From contig NC_043007.1 in the NCBI RefSeq assembly GCF_006345805.1, forward strand, positions 53,754,001 through 53,818,000: 64,000 nt of DNA, read 5' to 3'. This DNA is from Octopus sinensis. Taxonomy: Eukaryota. Every line of letters starts with the position of its first letter. Position 1 is the first letter of the stretch. Positions 25,872-36,665 of the stretch are shown in pieces. The notes under the pieces are model-generated. The model worked only from the letters and a program-made list of their open reading frames with translations, was not told the DNA's origin and made no database searches. The translations under genes were made by a program, and so were the position numbers.

Positions 25872-25919
25872 GTCTTACAGCTGTTTCAAGGATATTTTAT
25901 ATATCCTTTCATCAGAGAC
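25872..25919 (-). ncRNA. Minimal type I hammerhead ribozyme
   Basis: GTCT CTGATGA AAGGATAT ATAAA ATATCCTT GAAAC AGCT GTA AGAC. Stem I 4 bp, stem II 8 bp, palindromic ACAGCTGT stem III, GUA site. Confidence 0.85.
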
Positions 25920-26109
25920 GGTGCGACAAAATGGTTAAGCAATAGTTATTATAGAGGAGATATGAAATACAGAGTGAAGTGGAGGAAGGAAAACAGACAT
26001 GAGATATGTAAGGATATTGTATTTGCAGTTCCATTATTTAAGCAGAGTGGTGTATATATAAGTTTCCTGTACTTTCTGTGTGGGTTCCAGTTTTGACCAA
26101 TTAAAAGCA

Positions 26110-27300
26110 ACACTGGAACCCACACACACGGGACATTGCTATTTTCTTTATAAATTGTAATCCTAAGCCTATTTCTTTAAAAAAAAACTATATATTTTCT
26201 TCTTATTTATTTCCAATGTTCTATTCGTGCAATCTTTCGTTATTAGCAGGAGGTCATCTCTAAATAATCCACCCGCCAATATAAGATTTTCTAATTGGAG
26301 TTCTGCTAAGTAAATCCCTACCAGGTCTGTAACCTGTAAATATGCACCATATGGCGGGATATAATAATAATATTAAATTTTTCAACAATTTTAAATATAA
26401 TTATAATTTAAAAGATAATTTAAATGATGCATACACCTTCTACAACAATAAACACAACATTAAGAATCATCTGAAACCCGATGTAGGTAATAATATGAAA
26501 AATAAACCTCATAGTAATAATAATAAGAATAAAATATGGCTAATAATTCCCTATGGGGTACAGGTTAAAACTAACATTATTAAAGAAATTTTAAATATAA
26601 TTAAGACATTTATTAAAGTCAACAATAAATATAAGGACATATTTTCTAGCAATAAATTTGGAGTTGGTTACTCTACCACTAATAATGTTGGCAATATCAT
26701 TTCATCCTTTAATAAATTTAAATTAAATAAGTTTTACAATAATAAATTAAGTAATACCTCCAATGGAGACCAGAATACATTTGATTGTAATTGTAGAAAT
26801 AGGACTAAATTTAAATTTAATAAGAAATGTAATGTTGAGGATGTAGTATATAAATGTATAGTGATTTTGAATGATAATAATAATAATAGTAATAATGATA
26901 ATCCTACTTACATAGGATCAATTTCCAATAAAATTAAATCATGAGTCGCCCAACATATGAATTTTTTTTAAGAACAGAAATTTAATTAATTCTACGGGCC
27001 TTAGTAAGTACATTTGGGAACTTAAATCTAAAAGAATAAAATACGAGTTAAAATGGGAAATAGTTTGTAAGGCTAATCGTATAGAATTGGGAGTAAATTC
27101 TGCTTATTATGTACAAATGAATTTAAAGAGATATTAGCTAATAATAAATTGATTAACTGTAATATTAACTGTAGGCATAAATTAAATTATTTATATAATA
27201 AGTTCAGATAATATATTGATTTATTTAAACCAATGAAAAGTTACCAATTAATAGTTATAATTAGTAGCGTTAAAAACATAATTAGCTTAGAATATACTGT
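26110..27300 (+). mobile_element. Penelope-like element fragment encoding a GIY-YIG endonuclease region (no RT core seen)
   Basis: ORF 26342-26944 reads IWLIIPY..CNCR..C..DVVYKC..TYIGS, and continues as NSTGLSKYIWELK..LKWEIV. Confidence 0.8.
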
Positions 27301-27697
27301 AAATGTTACATTATTATAGCAATAGCTTAGAATACACTGTAAACATTATATTATTATATATATTTAGAATAAATAACGAACTTTTTACTAATAAAGAGTT
27401 CAACGGTAATATGTGCATTATTACAATGTTTTATAGCATTATTTACATAATACATAAATTTCGTACGTGTTATAGTTTTTATTCTTTGTAGATTTAAAGG
27501 TTCTAAGTATTTTAAATCTTCAATAAACAATATACTTTAGGTAGAACTTCTTTTTCGATAATTTCGTTATTGTTTGGTAAATATAATACGTATTTATCTC
27601 TGGGTAATGGACGCCATATTTATCATGTGACTTTTCAGTACATTAGTTTCGGTTTAATCGCCAGCAAATAAGTCATGTTTTTTTAATTTATTCTAAA

Positions 27698-27993
27698 CTA
27701 GCAGTATCGCCCGGTGTTGCTCGGGTTTGTAAGGGGAATAACTATATAAGCATTTTTAGAGAGTTACTTCCCTTATATAACCGAGCAAAAATCATTAAAA
27801 ATGCGGAAAAATGATGGTAAATTTTTTTAAATCGTAGACTCATCGTAGACGCGCCAGAAGGGCTCGATATGAATCACGACTATAAGATACCTGCTTTTAG
27901 TAAAACTGCAGTGCAAAATGTGGGAGTAGTTAGGAATCTAAATCGGAGGAGACAGACACACACACACACAACTTTAGTTTTATATATAAAGAT
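27698..27993 (+). mobile_element. Non-autonomous Helitron-like element (HINE/Lep1-type)
   Basis: 5' CTAGCAGTATCGCCCGG.GTTGCTCGGG; 3' (ACAG)/(AC)n then ttttatatataaagat. Same family as 50336-50730 and 51443-52079. Confidence 0.7.
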
Positions 27994-28779
27994 AATATCG
28001 GCATAAGTCTTTTATTAACTTTATACACTAACACGTATTTATATTTATTTATATTCTCCATAATGAATTAATCACAATAATACTCTATTCGAATTTTTTA
28101 ATTCTTAACTTTTAATAATATTAATGCCTTTTACTTAGGGATTATATTACAGAATTGTTTCTTTATAAATTTATTTTTATTCCTTATTATTTTCATATTT
28201 TATTTTTTTAATATTTATTTTATTATATATCGTATTATTTTAGTTTTTTTAGGAATTTGACCTGATGAATGACTGCTTTTGGGAGTAAAATAATTTTCCA
28301 TTCTAATGAACAAGGATATGGTTTCTTATATGATTTTATATAGTCCTAATTCAGCTATGAAACGTGCATAGTCAATGTACAAGTACTTACTTTTAAACAT
28401 TATATTATTGTATTAATTTTTATTGTTCAATTTATACTTCTTTGATTTTAGATTAATATTTTTATGTTGAATGTTTTCTTTGTATGATATTCACTGTGAT
28501 TTTAAAAGTATTTGCTCTTATATTATATGATTGTAATAACCTTACTGTTCAATATAATATATTATTAAAATTTTAGATTAATATTCTGTATGGTATAGGT
28601 CTCACAACATGGTTTTGGACGAGTTCTTCATTGACTGAGTTGTGAAATGGTAGTTCGCCCCTAAATTAGTTATATACATATAATATGTATTACCAAATTC
28701 GGTCTAATATTATTATGTTGAATTTTACCTGTAAGGTTGGAATAATAATTTATTCCCTAATATTATCATTATTTCATAC

Positions 28780-28832
<53 letters not shown>

Positions 28833-28913
28833 GGGTCCGGGTTGAGTCGGGGTTAACCACAGTAAATAAGGTACTCAATACTAGCAGAGTAAATTAATTT
28901 ATTATATAGAAGG

Positions 28914-28965
28914 AGCTTCTACAGGACTAGAACTGTTTCATTCAAAAGAAAATCATCAGGAAGCT
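28914..28965 (-). ncRNA. Type I hammerhead ribozyme variant (U-U at the base of stem II)
   Basis: AGCTTC CTGATGA TT TTC TTTT GAA T GAAAC AG TTCTAGTC CT GTA GAAGCT; stem I is a perfect 6 bp. Confidence 0.7.
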
Positions 28966-30562
28966 AGTAGACAAGAGTTGTTTTGGCATTTATACATTTA
29001 GGCAGGTTTAAATGGGTGGTGGTGGGGGACTTTTTTGGGGGTAGGCATGGCGCAAAACTGTCATTATTAGGGGAGTGGTCAAAGGAATCGGTGGTAAAGT
29101 AGATAAAAGAATAAAAAAATAAAAAAATAAATAGAAAAATAGAGTTTTAGGTAAGTAAGGAGACTCTCACTTGTACATCTACATATATATATATACATAT
29201 ATATACACCCACATATTCACATATATCTATACATATACATACACACCCATATACATACATATATATATACATACATACACATACATATACATATACATAT
29301 ACATACATATATATACACATACCCATGTACGTACACAGATACACATATACATACATATATATACATATATGTATACACACTCGCACATATATATACATAC
29401 ACACATATATACACAGGCATATACATGCACACACATACACACACATTTTTATACTCTTATTTTAATTTTATTATTACTACTTTTGATTATATCTTTATTT
29501 TTATCTTGACCGCGGTCAGCCGGTCTCAAGGGATGATCTAAAGATTCCATTTATCTATCTACTCACTGATATGAACGCAAGCACTCACTCACGCCCACAC
29601 ACTCACACGTACACACATACTCATACGCACACGCACGTGTTATATTCATACACGCATACATCTACATACATTCACGTATCTTCACATACGTACACGTACC
29701 TACTGATTCATATCTACACGCATACACATACATACATCAATACACCCACAGAAGACTAGTCCATACATATACACTAATAAATATTATATACACATATACA
29801 TACACATACATACACATACATACAATACATACACATATACATATATATATACATATATATACATATACATATACATACACATATACATTCATACATATAT
29901 ACACATACACACATATATATATATTTATATATATATATATGCGTACACATACACACACACCCACGCGCATCTATATATACACATAAGTACATACATGCAT
30001 AAATGTATACATATGTCTATACATATGCATACACATCCACACACACACGTGCCTCCTTATGTTCATAAATACATACATGCATACAGGCATATACATACAT
30101 ACATACATGCATACTCAAATAATAATAATAATAATAATAGTAAATATATATACGTGCAGTTACCCATTATACAGACGGATACATACATATAAACATACCC
30201 ATATATACCTATTTACACATATGTATATATACATACATACATACACACATAACTCTACATACCTACATATACATAAACACACAAGCGTACACATATATAT
30301 ATACATAGAAATATATATATACACATACACATACATATACACATATATATATATATATATATATACATATATAAAATTGTATTTTTCTATTTATTTTTTT
30401 ATTTTTTTATTCTTTTATTATTCTTTTCTCTACTTTACCACCATTCCTTGACCACTCCCCTAATAATGACAGTTTTGCGCCATGCCTACCCCCAAAAAAG
30501 TCCCCCACCAAACCCATTTAAACCTGCCTAAATGTATAAATGCCAAAACAACTCTTGCTACT

Positions 30563-30613
30563 AGCTTCTGATGATTTCTTTGTGAATGAAACAGTTTTAG
30601 ACCTGTAGAAGCT
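30563..30613 (+). ncRNA. Mirror-copy hammerhead variant (stem I has lost one C)
   Basis: AGCTT CTGATGA T TTC TTTGT GAA T GAAAC AG TTTTAGAC CT GTA GAAGCT. Confidence 0.6.
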
Positions 30614-30634
30614 CCCTATATAATAAATATAATA

Positions 30635-30673
<39 letters not shown>

Positions 30674-30674
30674 T

Positions 30675-30709
<35 letters not shown>

Positions 30710-30711
<2 letters not shown>

Positions 30712-31363
30712 CTTAAATCCTTAAAAATGTTTTAGCCCGAAGGCCGCGGACATGCTGGGGCACCACCGCCGAATGAGCTACACTAATTGTGAATCCACCT
30801 CTGATACGTGGCACTTGATCAACAAGGGAGTTCGATGCTGCTGCCCGCATCGCGTCTCCGTCGTGAGGTAGGTTCATCTGGGACTCCCAACAAGAAGAGA
30901 TCCAGTTAGTTTAAAGAAACCCACATCTACACCATGTAAGGTCTTCAGTATTTAGGGAGGATGTTAAGAGCTGTGGCTCTGAAACCAAGCTGTTGCAGTA
31001 TCTGGACCTGTATTTTGATGGTGATGTTGGAAACCTTGCAACCAGCAGTGGCGCACCGTCTGCGGTTGGAGTAACTTTGAATGCCAAAGTTGGGGACAAG
31101 ACCCTCCAGGATTTTCAAGATGTATATCACCGCATATCCTCTAGCCTCCGCTCTAGGGAGAAGAGGTTTAATATCTTCAGTCTTCCCAGTAGCTGATATT
31201 TTGCATTGAGACGATTTTCTTTGTGTAGCTTCTCTGAATTGCTTCGAGTTCTGCTGTTAGTTATATTTGTGGGTGACCAAAGTTGGGAGCAGTAGTCCCA
31301 AGCGGCTGAGTACGAATGCTTTCCATAGGACCATAAGTGTCTCCTTCTCTCTTGTTCTGAAAG
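30710..31363 (-). mobile_element. CR1-type LINE 3' end (RT C-terminus and 3' UTR), cut by the assembly gap
   Basis: LWKAFVLSRL, YCSQLWSP, RLKILNLFSLERR, IYILKILEGLVPN. Confidence 0.85.
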
Positions 31364-31463
31364 NNNNNNNNNNNNNNNNNNNNNNNNNNNNNNNNNNNNN
31401 NNNNNNNNNNNNNNNNNNNNNNNNNNNNNNNNNNNNNNNNNNNNNNNNNNNNNNNNNNNNNNN
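31364..31463. other. Scaffold gap of 100 N (true size unknown)
   Basis: Run of N. Confidence 1.
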
Positions 31464-31769
31464 ATCATGCGAAATATCAGGGAATCCGAATGAGAAGCAA
31501 AATGACAGTCTTATTCGTAGAGGGGCAGATTGTTTTTTCGGCTGATGAGTACGAGCCATCTGTATTTACTGAATTTTTTGTAGCTTATTAAAGATGTCCT
31601 CGTACGAAACAATTGTACCGAGATTTTTAATCCATTCTTTTTTCTTATTTGTAATCACCCCACTTGTCGTATGGTTAAAACCATATAGATTTCCGGTGCA
31701 TCCTAGTTAAGGACCATATTCATGTGAATTCATTAGAATTCACTTGAATCTCAATTACTTAAAACCGAG

Positions 31770-31800
<31 letters not shown>

Positions 31801-31804
31801 TATA

Positions 31805-31862
<58 letters not shown>

Positions 31863-32087
31863 TATATGTATGTATATATATTAATGTAGTAATATGTATA
31901 TATATAATATATGTAATATATATTTATATGTATGTATATATATGTATATATATATGTATATATACTCTCGTATTGCATTACTATTTTTATTGAAACTTCT
32001 TCACTGTTCTCGTTCTGTCAGCGTTTTGGCGTTTCAGTCGAGTGTATTGGTATTGATGCGGCAACATTTGAAATGTTGTCGAGGTAT

Positions 32088-32160
32088 ATGTTGGCTGATG
32101 AAGATAAATCAAGTATATGTGTGCAGACATATCTTGAAAAATCTGAAACCGGTACCACAT
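32088..32160 (+). ncRNA. Type I hammerhead ribozyme with a long three-segment stem II
   Basis: ATGTTGG CTGATGA AGAT aaa TCAAG t ATATGT gtgcag ACATAT CTTGA aaa ATCT GAAAC CG GTA CCACAT; palindromic ACCGGT stem III. Confidence 0.8.
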
Positions 32161-32355
32161 TATCCCTTTCTAGGTATTTCATCTTTCAGATGTTCTCCCT
32201 GGAGGTAAGACAATTTTTTTCAAGTTTGTTGCACACACGCATTTTTGCTAGTACACACGCGGTGAAGCTATACATTAGCGTCGTATTTATTACATTCGCT
32301 ATTTTCCAGTAAATATCGGTACTTCGTTGTACCATATATTTACTTCTATGTATAT

Positions 32356-32404
<49 letters not shown>

Positions 32405-32539
32405 TAGATATATATATATATATATATATATATATCTATATCAATTTCAACAATTGAGGGCAAAATTAATTAATTATTAATCAATTTCACCAAGTGTTCA
32501 GTATGCAAGGGACCATTCAAGGCGAATTCAAATTATTAC

Positions 32540-33048
32540 ATTATATAAAAGGGCTTAGTAAAATAAATTACTTTGCCGCATACTGAACTCATTAGAAATA
32601 GCAGCTAAAAAACTTTTTTAAGGCTATTTCTAATACTTAAAGAAAATCTCTCTCCATATATAGTGTTTGCATAATTTAACTCAAAAGTTGGGGGTAATGA
32701 CATCGAAAAATCAAATGCTAAGGTTATTCGAGAACGTACGTTTCAAGATTAGTCAAAACAACATTTCTATCATCGGCTCGGAAATTCCTTGGTTTGGATT
32801 TGGAAACACTGAAAATAAGAACATACCCTCTCGAAGATCTGCTCCCAACTAACAGTGCCAGCAAATTCAAAATAAGCAAGCGAAGAATCTCTGTTCTCCC
32901 CTTTCCACTTTTGTGAGTTAAATTATGCAAACACTATATATGAGAGAGATTTTCTTTAAGTATTAGAAATAGCCTTAAAAAAGTTTTTTAGCTGCTATTT
33001 CTAATGAGTTCAGTATGCGGCAAAGTAATTTATTTTACTAAGCCCTTT

Positions 33049-33056
<8 letters not shown>
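32540..33056. repeat. Inverted repeat with about 150-bp arms and about 220-bp spacer, in (TA)n context
   Basis: attatataaaagggcttagtaaaataaattactttgccgcatac... versus ...gtatgcggcaaagtaatttattttactaagcccttttatataat. Confidence 0.85.
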
Positions 33057-33089
<33 letters not shown>

Positions 33090-33106
33090 GTATATATATA
33101 TATACA

Positions 33107-34375
33107 CGAGGGGCGTTCAATAAGTAATGCCCCTGATCCACTTGAAGTTGTTCGATCTAGCTGAAATTTTGCATGTGCAATTACTTGGCAAATTACAGCT
33201 CTAAACTAATTGTGGTTTCTGATTTACAGGTGTTTGAACTGAGTCAAGTGTGAAATGGAGTCTGTTGAATGTCGAGCAGTGATCCGGTTTTTGTATTTGA
33301 AAGGACGCACACCACGGGAGACATTTGATGAAATGAAAGTAACTTATTGTGATAATGCCCCATCATATGACCTTGTAAAACGCTGGCATCGTGAATTCAA
33401 ACATGGCTGGAACTCTGTGGAAACAGCTCCCAGATCTGGTCGCCCCCTTCTGCCATTGATGAGGCATCTGTCCGTCAAGTTGAGGCTGCCATTTTGGAAG
33501 ATCAACGCATTACTATTCGCGAAATAGCCCATGAGGTCAAGATTAGTACCGGGTCTGTGGAAACTATCATTCATGACCATTTGCATATGCAAAAGGTGTC
33601 TGCCAGATGGATTCCCAGGCTGCTCACATCTTTCCAGAAGCAAGAACGCGTCGATTGCTCGAGTATGAATTTGGAGATGTGCCAAGAAGATGAGTCAAAA
33701 TTTTTCAAAAGACTGATTACACAGGATGAAACCTGGGTCCATCACTATGATCCAGAGACCAAAGCCCAGTCAATGCAGTGGAAGCACCGTAACTCCCCTC
33801 CTCCAAAGAAGGCAAGGGTGCAGCCCTCCGCTGGCAAGGTCATGCTCACAGTCTTCTGGGACCAGGACGGAGTAGTGATGACAGATTTCCTGGCAAAGGG
33901 TGCCACAATTACAGGAGCCTATTATGCTTCACTTTTGAGGAAATTAAGAGAAGCTATCAAAATCAAGAGGTGGGGCAAGATCAGCAAAGGCATCCTCCTG
34001 CAAGACAACGCTCTGGTCCACAACTCGCGTGTCGCCAGATCAGAAGCACAGGCGTGCGGCTATGAACTCCTCCCCCATCCCCCTACTCTTCTGACCTTGC
34101 ACCCTCTGATTTTCACCTCTTCCCAGCCATGAAGTTGTTTTTGAAAGGAAAGCATTTCCCAGATGATGCAGCCTTGATTTCTGAAGTCACATCGTGGCTG
34201 GAGGACCAAGCTGGTGTCTTCTACAGAAACGGTCTTCAGAGCTGCATCAAACGATGGGAGAAATGCGTAACTCTGGGTGGTTCCTATGTAGAAAAAGACT
34301 AATAACTGTGCCAAGTTTTGTTGCTCTACTGCTATGGGAAGTGGGTCAGGGGCATTACTTATTGAACGCCCCTCG
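33107..34375 (+). mobile_element. Full-length mariner transposon (irritans-like), DD34D transposase with two frameshifts
   Basis: TIR CGAGGGGCGTTCAATAAGTAATGCCCCTGA at both ends, inserted in (TA)n. Motifs WIPRLL, TQDETW, QDNA and YSSDLAPSDF; ORFs 33255-33527, 33494-34132, then a shifted C-terminus. Confidence 0.95.
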
Positions 34376-34379
34376 TATA

Positions 34380-34456
<77 letters not shown>

Positions 34457-34621
34457 CGTGACGCATATTTGTCATTTGAATATGGCTAACCCCTAAGGGT
34501 GGATGCTACTGTAGTTTGTAGCCCCAGGAAGATATCTCCTCCAGCTGGCTATAGACACACTATCTGTGCCCTCTCAGTATTTGTGAAGGGAAGTCATCCT
34601 CCCCGTCTTCAACTAATGATA

Positions 34622-34666
34622 CACGCAGACTCGAGTTTCAAGGTGTTTACCTATCATCAGCATGTG
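34622..34666 (-). ncRNA. Mirror hammerhead with a weakened stem I
   Basis: CACATG CTGATGA T AGGT AAAC ACCT T GAAAC TCGA GTC TGCGTG. Confidence 0.6.
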
Positions 34667-34844
34667 ACAATCATGGTTGTCGACGAGAAGTCAGCTCCCT
34701 TCACAAATACTTATACTTTTTTCAGTGTCGATTGGCACTGATATTGAAAAAGTGAAATCAAACAATTTTTCCAGTGTTGATTGACACTGATATTGAAAAT
34801 GTATTTGTGAAGGGAGCTGACTTCTCGTCGACAACCATGATTGT

Positions 34845-34889
34845 CACACGCTGATGATAGGTAAACACCTTGAAACTCGAGTCCGTGTG
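34845..34889 (+). ncRNA. Minimal type I hammerhead ribozyme (GUC site, U-U at the base of stem II)
   Basis: CACACG CTGATGA T AGGT AAAC ACCT T GAAAC TCGA GTC CGTGTG; 6-bp stem I, palindromic ACTCGAGT. Confidence 0.85.
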
Positions 34890-35127
34890 TATCATAAGTT
34901 GAAGACGGGGAGGATGACTTCCCTTCACAAATACTGAGAGGGCACAGATAGTGTGTCTATAGCCAGCTGGAGGAGATATCTTCCTGGGGCTACAAACTAC
35001 AGTAGCATCCACCCTTAGGGGTTAGCCATATTCAAATGGCAAATATGCGTCACGATGTGTTACCGCTACTGTTTATAACTCATTCTGAGATTTATCATTG
35101 TTATATATATATATATGTATATATATG

Positions 35128-35158
<31 letters not shown>

Positions 35159-35329
35159 GTATATGTATATGTATGTATATATATATATATATGTATATGT
35201 ATATATAATATATGTGTGTGTATATATATATAACGGGAAGCTTTATGAAAATAGACAAAAGACGAGGCAGGTGGAAAACAAACGAACAATTGTATTAGTA
35301 TGGCGCTCAGGAAATATAAATAAAACAAG

Positions 35330-35367
35330 TCTTTAACGTTTCGAGCCTACGCTCTTCAACAGAAAGA
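35330..35367 (-). ncRNA. Minimal hammerhead variant (CUGUUGA core, extra A, GUU site)
   Basis: TCTTT CTGTTGA A GAGC GTAG GCTC GAAAC GTT AAAGA. Confidence 0.6.
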
Positions 35368-35528
35368 TACACAGAGAGAAAAAAAAACACAGAAAGAAGG
35401 AGAGAAAAAAAGTGCGTGCAGTAGCTAACGAATCAACATGGCGATCTGATTTCGGCCAGAGGTCAAAGATCAAACATGAGACGCGAGAGCGAAATAAGGG
35501 GAGATAATAGGGTTGAAGGACCAGCTAA

Positions 35529-35860
35529 TAGTGCGTAGGAGGGGTCTGGACGTGTGTATGTATAGGGTTGGTGTATGTATTAGTATGTATAAGGGTGTGT
35601 GTGTGTGTATGAGAGAGTATTAGTGCGTAGGATTGGTCTGGACGTGCGTATGTATGGGGTTGGTGTATGTATTAGTATGTATTAGTATGTATTAGTATGT
35701 ATTAGTACGTATTAGTATGTATAAGTGTGTGTGTGTGTGTGTATGAGAGAGTATAAGTGCGTATGCGGGGTCTGGACGTGTGTATGTATAGGGTTGGTGT
35801 ATGTATTAGTATGTATTAGTACGTATTAGTATGTATTAATTGGTGTATGTATTCGTATGG
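35529..35860. repeat. Minisatellite, about 3 copies of a 90-130-bp unit
   Basis: agtgcgta..ggtctggacgtg.gtatgtat.gggttggtgtatgtattagtatgta is repeated. Confidence 0.75.
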
Positions 35861-36041
35861 CACATCATATATGATGTGATGTGTAACGTCGTGTGGTGTA
35901 GTGAGGAGAAGAGGGGAGGGGGAGAAGAAGGGGGGGGAGAAGGGGAGGGGGAAGAGGAGAGGATGGGCTAGAGAGAGGAGGGGGAGGAAAGAGGGAGAGA
36001 GGGAGTGAGGGAGCAGAGGGAATGTATGTATATATATGTGT

Positions 36042-36081
<40 letters not shown>

Positions 36082-36232
36082 GTATTCAATACACATAAAG
36101 GGTGAAATATAATTAATTTAATAAAATTAATAAATTTCACCAAGTAGTTTTTCGGTATGGAAATGACCATATTTGGTAAGAATTATATTAATTATAATAA
36201 AGGGTTAATTGTTGCAATTAACCCTTTATATA

Positions 36233-36282
<50 letters not shown>

Positions 36283-36665
36283 CATCTATTGTTATATTTC
36301 GGAATGGTCATTTCAAATAGAAATAAATAACTATATAAGTTTCTTTTTTTTTATTTATTATTATTATTACTAGTATTGTTGTTATACATACATACATACA
36401 TACAAGCATATATAATGATAATAATAAGTGGATGTAAACACATGAACAAAATAAGAATAAACAAAAACAACAACAACAATAACAAATTACTTGAACATAT
36501 ATAAACAGAAGATACAAATATTACAGGCATCCCCCCTACACACACACTAAATAAACATAGACGCACATAGGGATATAAGCATGCGCAAATGAAGACATAC
36601 AATAGGAATACAAAATGGCTGACAGTTAGTAAGGAGAGACACAAACAAGAAAGAAGAAAACAATT

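Larger units (their letters stand above)
28898..30629. mobile_element. Foldback element: about 240-bp inverted arms, each with a hammerhead, around about 1.25 kb of AT/AC microsatellite-rich spacer
   Basis: 28898-29131 is the reverse complement of about 30378-30629. Confidence 0.85.
34455..35100. mobile_element. Long inverted-repeat element (256-bp arms, 90-bp spacer, short 3' tail) carrying a hammerhead in each arm
   Basis: 34455-34710 is the reverse complement of 34801-35056; flanked by (TA)n. Confidence 0.9.

Noticed and set aside
28255-28330. CCTGATGA in a Penelope-like AT-rich tail
   Set aside because: No GAAA core or cleavage triplet at a pairable position
29147-30451. Many ORFs rich in Y/I/H/T or V/C/M/Y here and at 1.7, 10.8, 35.1, 52.5 and 53.2 kb
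   Set aside because: These are translations of (AT)n, (AC)n and (ATAC)n microsatellites, not genes
32026-32204. Apparent plus-strand exons (RFGVSVECIGIDAATFEMLS; 15-nt microexon cag|ATGTTCTCCCTGGAG|gtaag)
   Set aside because: No recognisable protein and no partner exons. The region is better explained by the hammerhead fold at 32088-32160 and a repeat origin.
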